Positions 32,001-38,913 of a DNA stretch of 64,000 nt are shown piece by piece. Every line of letters begins with the position of its first letter. The first letter of the stretch is position 1. The position numbers were made by a program, and so were the translations under genes. The stretch lies in assembly GCA_964399575.1 (NCBI GenBank), contig CAYNRI010000003.1, forward strand, positions 8-64,007. The letters are read 5' to 3'. Below the pieces are notes generated by a model. It was not told the origin of the DNA and ran no database searches. It was given only the letters and a program-made list of their open reading frames with translations. This DNA is from an uncultured Rikenellaceae bacterium (GTDB taxonomy: Bacteria > Bacteroidota > Bacteroidia > Bacteroidales > VadinHA17).

Positions 32001-32112
32001 AGATTTTTTCTCCGGAAGACAAATGCCAGTCATTTCCGCCAGATAATGAAGCACATAGCTGGTCAGATAAGGTCCATGCGAGTATTGTGAAAATAAGGAT
32101 CCTTAGTGACAT
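29011..32112 (-). CDS. TPR-repeat CHAT-domain (caspase-like) protein with a signal peptide and a C-terminal membrane anchor
   Basis: 1033 aa with an N-terminal signal-like MSLRILIFTILAWTLSDQLCA. About 500 aa of TPR-like helices (repeated Y..LG..Y...G.Y..A). C-terminal CHAT with a His (IIHLAMHT, H857/H861) and Cys (VLSSCNTG, C909 at 29386-29388). Terminal TM helix LILWLSVLFIASASFAYFWY followed by RR. Confidence 0.85.
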   Translation of the reverse strand: MSLRILIFTILAWTLSDQLCASLSGGNDWHLSSGEKISFAASLTGGLQDKESGSFPADVIGSRIVNLSSDNNIEGLLSLAASLQKSITEEKPDSATLSEYYYYAGVCYLLSGRYPEAIENLSSSVSLKNALRHVDDHYLKGIYNIGVSYNFLGDYIQVCNYMLDYINEASEIYGPDNPEIAEAYITLIGAAVECRDFENFSEYSTQILGILRNNREAVTGNNLIRLYINIGVGYVMMADYSKARIYLEQSESLIENSRIKPDRDYMNLINSLAVTYSYLGMKAKEEEYYNKGFRLALTEKSFLGLNLINNYAISLGSSGNIVKGADLLEQIVKRAETIYGKESRYFIEVLANYADYLLLFQKNIKRSLELYKQCENFLIDNPKEVSLRDPVLQGYSQALFSSNEPLEALEKLQQLLFPGKQTGVRDYYMNPSPDTISANRNILNTLRLKYDILWDIYKRSNDEKVLEAAANTSELIIYVIDRIRISISEEESRIVLGARYRNSYLMAIRDFELCYRNTGNHMYLEKAFEFIERSKVAGLLTATRELNAIQLNIPAFLADQEKSLQREIGFYNARIVTEYEKSEPDNALISQWNEKLLRSVNERDSLVMTFRQDFPGYYNMKYDTKTPGLKEIPSLIGRDYNYLNYIVSDSLLYIFIVNRRHQELLSLESGASFKEKLIKFQNLLSSPVRSSNARTDFEEYIETGFDLYKLLIDPVRKYLISDKLLISPDNILSYLPFETLVTDKYEGDEILYRKLKYLMNDYNISYAYSATFLQEVVNRNYSRKHELVAFAPVYTRAIHLDSLMQVRQSRFRILYDLPYARQEAQYVSGLAGGELYLNKDARESVFKSVAGKYDIIHLAMHTFLNDVNPMNSAMIFMQDQDDKQEDGLLYTYEVYGLPLKARMVVLSSCNTGSGKLSEGEGILSLARGFLYSGSQSVVMSMWEIDDKSGTDIIKSFYDNLKKGKSKSSALKHARSAYLKNASQLKSHPYFWSSMVVYGENSSLFFSAGKLILWLSVLFIASASFAYFWYRRNS

Positions 32113-32344
32113 CGTTCAAATTTTTAAGTTATATATATGCGAAATTTCTTAAAATTAAACAGGATTTTCAAGGTTTTGCTCTTATAAAAAATTATATATC
32201 TCATAAGTGCCTGATTTTCTGATAGAATTTTTATTTTTTAATTTTTTTTTAATTTTTTGTGTCACAAATCAGGGTTAAAAGACATGTAGTATTGAAACGA
32301 AAAGAAATTTCCCTGAATTAGTATCAATACGTAAATTTAAAATT

Positions 32345-32482
32345 ATGAAAACGAAAACCCTGAATTTCGAAGAAACAAAAAAAGCATTTGTTGAGTTTGC
32401 ACTTTCAAATGAAGAGATGATTCATGTTCGTGGTGGAGGTGAACCGGTTGTAAAACCATGCATCCCGCCAATAAAGATCTGA
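32345..32482 (+). CDS. 45-aa double-glycine-leader precursor peptide (unannotated sORF)
   Basis: MKTKTLNFEETKKAFVEFALSNEEMIHVRGGG|EPVVKPCIPPIKI. The leader LSxxEMxxVxGG matches the Bacteroidetes GG-type bacteriocin/signal leader pattern. ATG at 32345, TGA at 32480-32482. It sits in a 575-nt gap next to the CHAT gene, and a C39 exporter lies 4 kb away. Confidence 0.7.
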   Translation: MKTKTLNFEETKKAFVEFALSNEEMIHVRGGGEPVVKPCIPPIKI

Positions 32483-32693
32483 CATGAAGGACCGGATACT
32501 GTCGTTGCAGACAGGTCCGTTGAAATAAAAAATCAGTTCGTTTTTGCAGTTTTCCGAAATAACAGGCTATAACAAGGCCTGGATGAAAACATGCGTACAA
32601 TTAAATAGTAAGACTGTAAGTATATGCTTAATATACAGTTACATAATAAGATTACTGAAATTTGGAAAATATTGAAAATATAAAATATTGAAT

Positions 32694-33449
32694 ATGAAAA
32701 CAATTGACTATTCATTTTTCATTGAAAGGTACAATACCGGTGAGATGAATGATGCCGAAAAAGGCTGGTTCCTTAAGGAACTTAACGGCAGCAAGAAGCT
32801 ACAGGAAGAAGTGGCTTTGAGGAAAAAGACAGACGACATTCTGAGAAATAAGAATGTGCTTCAATTGCGGGGGAAACTCGTTGAGATCGAGAAGAAGAGA
32901 GCGTCAACTTTACCAGGCAAAAACAGGAGGAATCAGTCATTCAAATATGCGGCTGCAATTGCCGGATTCATTCTCCTCGGAAGTATTGCATTAATAAAAG
33001 GCAAGAACCTTAGAAGCGATGAGATTTACAATCGCTATTATGAAGCGTATGCCATTGAGACCGGCACTCCTTCGCGATCTGCAGGTATCAGTGAAGCATC
33101 TGATCTGGATTTTCTGACAGCTGTCGACTATTACAATGTAAGTGATTATACAAATGCGGCCCTGTACTTCAGCAAAGTCCTTGAAAATGATCCGGGTAAC
33201 ATGGAATCAAGAATGCTGTACGGGGTATCCAATTTCGAACAGTTTAACTATCCGGTAGCTGAAGAATCCTTCTCTGAAGTAATAAAGAATAACAATAATT
33301 TTTACATCGAAGATGCCCATTGGTATCTGGCATGGTGTTACATTAAGACTGATGAAGAAACAAAAGCTATTGATCAGCTTTCTCTGATAAGTAATTCAAC
33401 CAGTCTTTACAGGGATAAGGCAAAGAAAGTATTAAGAAAAATGAAATAA
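32694..33449 (+). CDS. membrane-anchored anti-sigma-like protein with a periplasmic TPR domain
   Basis: The N-terminal cytoplasmic helix region (FIERYNTGEMNDAEKGWFLKELNGSKKLQEEV) resembles Cys-less anti-sigma N-domains. It has a single TM helix (YAAAIAGFILLGSIALI) and C-terminal TPR-like repeats. I place the ATG at 32694; the track start 32688 is TTG. Confidence 0.45.
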   Translation: MKTIDYSFFIERYNTGEMNDAEKGWFLKELNGSKKLQEEVALRKKTDDILRNKNVLQLRGKLVEIEKKRASTLPGKNRRNQSFKYAAAIAGFILLGSIALIKGKNLRSDEIYNRYYEAYAIETGTPSRSAGISEASDLDFLTAVDYYNVSDYTNAALYFSKVLENDPGNMESRMLYGVSNFEQFNYPVAEESFSEVIKNNNNFYIEDAHWYLAWCYIKTDEETKAIDQLSLISNSTSLYRDKAKKVLRKMK

Positions 33450-33471
33450 TAAGAAATTCCATTTTTGAATA

Positions 33472-34296
33472 ATGGACAATCTTACGTTACATAGTACAGT
33501 TCAGAATGAGAGCGATCACAGGAAAAGTGATCACACACCTATAAATAATAACATGATCAATTGCCCGACAGTTTTAGCAGGTATGTCTCATGAGGTCAGG
33601 ACCCATATGAATGCAATAGTTGCATTCTCCTTTCTCATGAACAGAGGGGAGTGCAGTGAATCGGAGCGTGAGGATTTCAGCAATCAGATACTGACATCCT
33701 GCGAGCAGTTGATCGGTCTGTTTGATAATTTCTTCGATTCAGCACTTATTGATACTACAGGGAACACTAAAGCTGATTACAAGATCTGCAAACTCAACAA
33801 ATTTCTTGATGAGCTTCTTTCCGAATTCAGGGAAGTTTTACGGAAAGAGGCTCACAAAGAGGTTGTTCTTGTATCAGAAACAAGTTTTTGTGAACCGATC
33901 GACATTTTTATCGATTCTGACAGGGTTTTCAGGGTTATTCGTAACCTGTTTCAGAATGCTTTAAACAATACGAAATCGGGCTATATTAAAATTGGTTACT
34001 ATTTCAGGGATAATCAGGTGACCTTTTATGTACTTGACTCAGGACAGGGATACTTCAAATACAAGGAATTTCTGAACACTGAGGATCTTAATGAATCGCT
34101 TAACAAATATAATGACACAGTCTCAGCTATCAATCTTACACTGGCAAGGAAACTGATTCATATACTGAACGGATCTATCTGGATTGAATGTAACGGACTT
34201 ACAAGTTCCGGTATCTATTTCTCTGTCCCGGTGAAGGTCCCTGAAAGTTCAGATATAAAATTAAATAAATATGTAAATTCCATGATTGCGATCTGA
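33472..34296 (+). CDS. soluble histidine kinase core (DHp plus catalytic domain, no sensor or TM)
   Basis: H-box LAGMSHEVRTHMNAI, N-box RVIRNLFQNALNNT and G1-like VLDSGQG. The G2 lid is weak. It starts 22 nt after the anti-sigma-like gene. Confidence 0.7.
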   Translation: MDNLTLHSTVQNESDHRKSDHTPINNNMINCPTVLAGMSHEVRTHMNAIVAFSFLMNRGECSESEREDFSNQILTSCEQLIGLFDNFFDSALIDTTGNTKADYKICKLNKFLDELLSEFREVLRKEAHKEVVLVSETSFCEPIDIFIDSDRVFRVIRNLFQNALNNTKSGYIKIGYYFRDNQVTFYVLDSGQGYFKYKEFLNTEDLNESLNKYNDTVSAINLTLARKLIHILNGSIWIECNGLTSSGIYFSVPVKVPESSDIKLNKYVNSMIAI

Positions 34297-34344
34297 TAAG
34301 CAACTTAGTTGCAGCAATGTCTGATTTTTTTGCAGCATGAGTCC

Positions 34345-34377
34345 AAAATGGCCGTATTGCCAATATGCGGCCATTTT
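34345..34377. terminator. bidirectional intrinsic-terminator-like hairpin between convergent genes
   Basis: AAAATGGCCG (34345-34354) and CGGCCATTTT (34368-34377) form a perfect 10-bp inverted repeat with A/T runs on both sides. It overlaps the stop codon of the OmpA-family gene. Confidence 0.6.
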
Positions 34378-36319
34378 ATTTTATCCTGTCGACAATCTTA
34401 ACCTCGGTTCTTCTGTTTTTCCTTCTTCCCTCGGATGTCACATTGTCTCCGATGGGTGAAGTATTACCATATCCTCTATATCTGAGACGCCCGGAGGATA
34501 TTTTATTGGCAACAAGATAATTGACAACAGAAAGAGCCCTTTTTTCAGAAAGGACGAGGTTATGCAAATCAGTCCCTGTCGAATCAGTATATCCTCCTAT
34601 TTCGACAATAAAATCCCTGTTCAGGTTAAGAAGTTCCACAAGGTTATCAAGTTCAGCTACTGATTCCTTCTTCAGCTCCCATGAATCGATTTCATAGAAT
34701 ACATTTGAGAGCAGCATCTTCTCCCCCACTTTTATCGGATTAAGATAAATTTTCTTTACAAGGGGTTCCATAACACTATGTTCTCCTTCCAGCATGAAAT
34801 TATCAGAGTAAAAAAGATATCCGGGTTTCGATATATTGACACCATAGTTGAACCCCGATGGCAGGCATACAAGAAAATTTCCCTTTTCATCAGTATTGCT
34901 CCTCATTGTTACATTATTTGTCGAGAGGTTTATCAGTTCATATTCTGCAACAAGATACCTTCCAGTTTCCCTGTCAGCAACAGTGCCTTTAAGATAGGAT
35001 ACAGCATCAGGCCTCACTGATTCATCTAGCTTAAAGAAAAATATATCCTTACCGTTATTGTTGTCCCTCCTTGATGAGAAATATGCTTTCTGTCCGTTTG
35101 CTTCTATGACAAGTCCCATATCGTCGCTTGCATCATTGATTGGATATCCAAGATTTTGCGGATCACTCCATGTTGTGTCACTTTTCATCCTGCTCATGTA
35201 AATATCAAATCCCCCCATACCAGGCCGGCCATCGGAAGCGAAATAAAGTGTCTTCCCGTCAAAATGTATAAAAGGAGACATTTCATCGCCGGAGGTATTT
35301 ATTGATTCTCCCAGGTTGACAGGAACCGAACAAACACCCTTTTCATCAAGTACCGAATACCACAGATCCTTGCCGCCATAGCCGCCGGGCCTGTTACTTG
35401 AAAAGAGAAGCATTCTTCCATCAGCACTTATTGATGGCGTTGATTCCCATGCAGTTGTGTTTACAGGAGAGCCAAGGTTAAATGGCATAGTCCATCTGCC
35501 ATTCCTTAAAGCTGAAAAATAGATGTCACAGCTGCCAAGGCCTCCCGGACGGTCACAAGCTGTAAAATACATATAATTTCCGCTCGACGAAAGGGTTTGT
35601 GCACCCTCGTTCTGCTGAGTGTTAAGCGGTTCCCCTGCATTTGTTGCAGACTGCCATTCATTACCTGAGAAGAAACTCAGATAAAAATCTTCCTGAAAGG
35701 CTTTTATCGGCAGGGAATAACGACTACGCCCAAGCTGTTCCTGCCTTGTGAACATGAGTGTCTGTCCGTCAGCTGTTATTGATGGCCAATATTCATCGTC
35801 AGGCGTGTTCACACCGTTACCGACGCTTTCCGGGTTGAAGGACACCGGCTTTTTCATCGCTTCAATGGCGAATTCGCAGTTCAGTATGTTCTTCAATGCT
35901 GTTGCCCTGTTTTTTTCCAGAGTCTCTTTGCTCCTCAGATATGCCTTATAATGAGCAAGTGCATCCTGATATTTCCCAACCATCATTTCAGCATTAGCCA
36001 GATGGAAGTATGCAGGCCTGTAATGAGAGGAATCAATATTTATAGCTGCTGTATAATTTTCAACTGCACCGGAGAAATTATTTTGCTTTGCATATAACTC
36101 TCCGAGCATTATGTAAGCCTCATAGAATTTTTTATCGTATAAGAGAGCCTGTTTAAAATATACTTCAGCTTTCTTAAGATCAAGATACTCATATGAAGCG
36201 ACCCCGTCGTTATAAACCTTCAAGGCCTTGTTGGAAGAAGTGTGGAATCCCTGCGCAAGACCATCCACCCCAAATACTACTGAGCAAGACAGAAATAATA
36301 TGAGTAAAGTGTATTTCAT
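34376..36319 (-). CDS. OmpA-family protein with N-terminal TPR and TolB-like beta-propeller repeats
   Basis: Signal peptide, TPR region and repeated PD40-like segments (E.WPSISADG..L.F.S.R.GG.G..D). C-terminal OmpA peptidoglycan-binding domain (GYTDSTGTDLHNLVLSEKRA...NRRTEV). Confidence 0.8.
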   Translation of the reverse strand: MKYTLLILFLSCSVVFGVDGLAQGFHTSSNKALKVYNDGVASYEYLDLKKAEVYFKQALLYDKKFYEAYIMLGELYAKQNNFSGAVENYTAAINIDSSHYRPAYFHLANAEMMVGKYQDALAHYKAYLRSKETLEKNRATALKNILNCEFAIEAMKKPVSFNPESVGNGVNTPDDEYWPSITADGQTLMFTRQEQLGRSRYSLPIKAFQEDFYLSFFSGNEWQSATNAGEPLNTQQNEGAQTLSSSGNYMYFTACDRPGGLGSCDIYFSALRNGRWTMPFNLGSPVNTTAWESTPSISADGRMLLFSSNRPGGYGGKDLWYSVLDEKGVCSVPVNLGESINTSGDEMSPFIHFDGKTLYFASDGRPGMGGFDIYMSRMKSDTTWSDPQNLGYPINDASDDMGLVIEANGQKAYFSSRRDNNNGKDIFFFKLDESVRPDAVSYLKGTVADRETGRYLVAEYELINLSTNNVTMRSNTDEKGNFLVCLPSGFNYGVNISKPGYLFYSDNFMLEGEHSVMEPLVKKIYLNPIKVGEKMLLSNVFYEIDSWELKKESVAELDNLVELLNLNRDFIVEIGGYTDSTGTDLHNLVLSEKRALSVVNYLVANKISSGRLRYRGYGNTSPIGDNVTSEGRRKNRRTEVKIVDRIK

Positions 36320-36320
36320 A

Positions 36321-36938
36321 TCATGGTATATGCATATATTTATGTATCTGCAGTGAGAGCCTCCATTTCGAATTTCGTTTTACATATTCAACTATTGAAG
36401 GAATAATTGTCTCAAATCTGCTCCACTCAGGCTGAAGGTAAAGACGACATTGCTCACCTACAAGTTTGCTGCATTTTTCGGCCCATGAAAAATCATCATT
36501 AGTCTGAATTATAACTTTAAGCTCATCAGCAACCCTGCAGATGTTTTCAGCAGGAGGCATATTCTTTTTCGGTGAAAGGCATATCCAGTGCCAGCTGCCG
36601 CTCAGCGGATATGCTCCTGATGTCTCAATAAAAGTTTTTATGTTTTTCTTGTTAAGTTGAGTGCACAGATAGTCGAGATTCCACATAAGTGGTTCTCCGC
36701 CTGTTACAACAACAGAATCCGTGCCGGACCTGACTGCATTTGCAACAATAGTATCAGTTTCAACTTCAGGATATAAAAGCGGGTTCCATGTAAAAGGAGA
36801 ATCACACCAGCTGCAACCGATATCGCAACCTCCAAGACGTATGAACCAGGCGGCAAGCCCTGAATTGAATCCCTCTCCCTGAATGGAATAAAACTCTTCA
36901 ACAAGCGGCAGTTTATCAGCTTTTGTTTCCTCACACAT
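36321..36938 (-). CDS. queE: 7-carboxy-7-deazaguanine synthase (radical SAM)
   Basis: EEFYSIQGEGFNSGLAAWFIRLGGCDIGCSWCDS is the QueE-type cluster motif, and the size is about 205 aa. I place the ATG at 36938; the track start is TTG at 36944. Confidence 0.75.
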   Translation of the reverse strand: MCEETKADKLPLVEEFYSIQGEGFNSGLAAWFIRLGGCDIGCSWCDSPFTWNPLLYPEVETDTIVANAVRSGTDSVVVTGGEPLMWNLDYLCTQLNKKNIKTFIETSGAYPLSGSWHWICLSPKKNMPPAENICRVADELKVIIQTNDDFSWAEKCSKLVGEQCRLYLQPEWSRFETIIPSIVEYVKRNSKWRLSLQIHKYMHIP

Positions 36939-37039
36939 ATTCAATTCACTCCCTGCTTTTTATACAAGCTATCATTAAATTAACGAATCTCTGCACAAAA
37001 TATTGTATACTTTTGATTACCAGCATAATAATGTTAGTA

Positions 37040-38821
37040 TTACTCGCCAAAGAGCAGTTTTCGCTCACGGGCAGCAGCTCTTTCAGTCCATTCCTCCGGA
37101 TTAATTCTCCAGTTGTTCAGTGGTTTCGGATTGATAATTTTCTGTTCTTCTATTGATCTCATGATAAAATATCTCAGATCACGGTCAGTAGAAAAAAGAA
37201 GGCGGGAGCTAAGCTCTTCCTTTTTAATACCTGCGCCTTCTGTAAGATGTCCCCCTCCGCCGTTTCCCCTGTAGGAATTAATCGCAACAGTGTAACTATT
37301 ATCCATTTCAAAAGGTCTGCCATCGCTTAAAGAAATTATTTTTATACGTTCTCCATCAGGTCTTGTTGCGTCGACCGAGTATTCAATCCCGGCAGCCGAG
37401 TCAAAATCGTATGAAGGGTTCCTCAGCCAGGTCTCGCCGTTAATTATAACCGGCTTGCCATCTTTACCAGTCCGGTATTTCAGGAGGTAATCTTCAGGTC
37501 TTTTCATAGTGTTAAGCCATCCATCGTAAGAAAACTCCAGGTATTTCTTTATTTCTTCCCCGCTCATTGTAATTTTATAGAGCAGGTTCTCATATCTGTA
37601 AAGCTTGAACATATCACTGACTCTTATGGGACCTTTATCAATTTTTACATCAAAAGAAAGAGGTGCTGCAAATGATATATCAGCACCGGTTATCTTAAGC
37701 TGTTCTGCATGCAGCATATCGACAAATGCTGAAGATCCGAAATATGCATCCCGGGTCGATACTGCCACTTCTGATTCACCTATTATCTTACCTGTATAAT
37801 CCCTTATAACTTCATCATTTAATTTAAATCTGGCAATAAAATCAGGATCCGGTTTAAGGTCTTTTACCCCTATCAGCTCACCCGAGACAACTTTGCTCTG
37901 TTTACCTCTTCCTGACGACCCGGATAAGGTAATATCAGCACGGGCTATCTTTTCCGCCCTGCTTCCGGCATTAAGTATAAGAATTGTATCTCCTTTCCTG
38001 TTAACGAATTTATCAACGGCAGACCTGTGATCATGCCCTGTCAGTATAATATCAAATCCCGGGACATTATATGCAACTGCCGCAGAACCATCTTCTGTAA
38101 GTGGGATGTTTTGCTTATAATTCTCATTATCAGTACTCCATCCTGCATGGAAAAGCCCTATTACAAGATCCGGTTTATGTCTGAGTATTTCAGGCATCCA
38201 TTTTTCAGCCGTTTCAACCATATCCCTGAATTCCATACCGGAATACAGTTCAACAGGTAACCAGTTTGGAACAGCGGGTGTAATTAGTCCCAGTACGGCT
38301 ATCTTCAGGTTTTTCCTTTTAAGTATCACATATGGGGTGAAGTAGGGTTTGCCATTTTTGATATTGACCGCGTTTGCCCCGAGAAGAGGAAAATCATATT
38401 CCCTGATTATCTTATCATATACCGGGTGTCCGGCTTCAATATCATGATTTCCGGCTGTCTGAGCGTCATATTCAAGCCAGTTCAATGCTTCAGACACAAT
38501 ATGAGGAGAAACAGTATCTATGAAATTATGATAATAAACTATCGGTTGCCCCTGAAGTATATCACCACCATCAAGCAGGATAACTACATCCTTCTCCTTC
38601 CGTAGTTTTTTAATATAAGAAGCCGCTTGTGCCAGTGACACATCTATCTTTCTGCTTTCTATATAATCAAAGGGCAGAATAGTACCATGCAGATCAGTTG
38701 TCTGGATGATGCTGACGCTTGTCAGTGTATTATTACTGCATGCAACAGATAACCAAAGGATAAATGAAAGTATTGTGATTAATCTTACGCGTCCGGCCAT
38801 AGTAATTAATTTTGATGACAT
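37040..38821 (-). CDS. bifunctional metallophosphatase / 5'-nucleotidase family protein
   Basis: Signal/lipoprotein-like N-terminus, calcineurin-type motifs (TTDLHG, GGDILQG, GNHD, GHDH) and a C-terminal 5'-nucleotidase domain. Confidence 0.8.
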   Translation of the reverse strand: MSSKLITMAGRVRLITILSFILWLSVACSNNTLTSVSIIQTTDLHGTILPFDYIESRKIDVSLAQAASYIKKLRKEKDVVILLDGGDILQGQPIVYYHNFIDTVSPHIVSEALNWLEYDAQTAGNHDIEAGHPVYDKIIREYDFPLLGANAVNIKNGKPYFTPYVILKRKNLKIAVLGLITPAVPNWLPVELYSGMEFRDMVETAEKWMPEILRHKPDLVIGLFHAGWSTDNENYKQNIPLTEDGSAAVAYNVPGFDIILTGHDHRSAVDKFVNRKGDTILILNAGSRAEKIARADITLSGSSGRGKQSKVVSGELIGVKDLKPDPDFIARFKLNDEVIRDYTGKIIGESEVAVSTRDAYFGSSAFVDMLHAEQLKITGADISFAAPLSFDVKIDKGPIRVSDMFKLYRYENLLYKITMSGEEIKKYLEFSYDGWLNTMKRPEDYLLKYRTGKDGKPVIINGETWLRNPSYDFDSAAGIEYSVDATRPDGERIKIISLSDGRPFEMDNSYTVAINSYRGNGGGGHLTEGAGIKKEELSSRLLFSTDRDLRYFIMRSIEEQKIINPKPLNNWRINPEEWTERAAARERKLLFGE

Positions 38822-38913
38822 AAACTTAGGAAAGATTATCCATTTTTGCCTATATTCTTATCATAAAATGAATCCTGATCATAGCTGATATATTTGTATA
38901 TTGCTTCACAAAT

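Noticed and set aside
28472-32112. TPR-CHAT next to a sigma factor as a type III-E CRISPR (Craspase) locus
   Set aside because: The window has no gRAMP/Cas7-11-sized ORF, no other cas gene and no repeat-spacer array. The CHAT protein has a signal peptide and a membrane anchor, unlike cytoplasmic Csx29. I use it only as a functional analogy.
32113-32344. Bacteroidetes -33/-7 or ECF-type promoter for the peptide gene
   Set aside because: The only near match is TAGTATTG (32287-32294), which has one mismatch to TAnnTTTG and no correctly spaced -33 TTTG. TGAAAC (32293-32298) has no suitably spaced -10 partner. I do not call a promoter here.
32343-32715. Track ORFs 32343..32600 (-) 85 aa and 32533..32715 (-) 60 aa
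   Set aside because: They are antisense to, or overlap, the GG-leader sORF and the anti-sigma-like gene start. Both are Cys/Phe/Leu-rich translations with no domain logic. The plus-strand peptide explains the region better.
36321-36938. Radical SAM enzyme 4 kb from the GG-leader peptide as a RiPP maturase
   Set aside because: The sequence and size match QueE (EGxxxGxxxxFIRxxGC..C..CDS, about 205 aa, no SPASM or RRE domain). It is separated from the peptide by the kinase and an OmpA-family gene on mixed strands. Housekeeping queuosine synthesis is the simpler reading.
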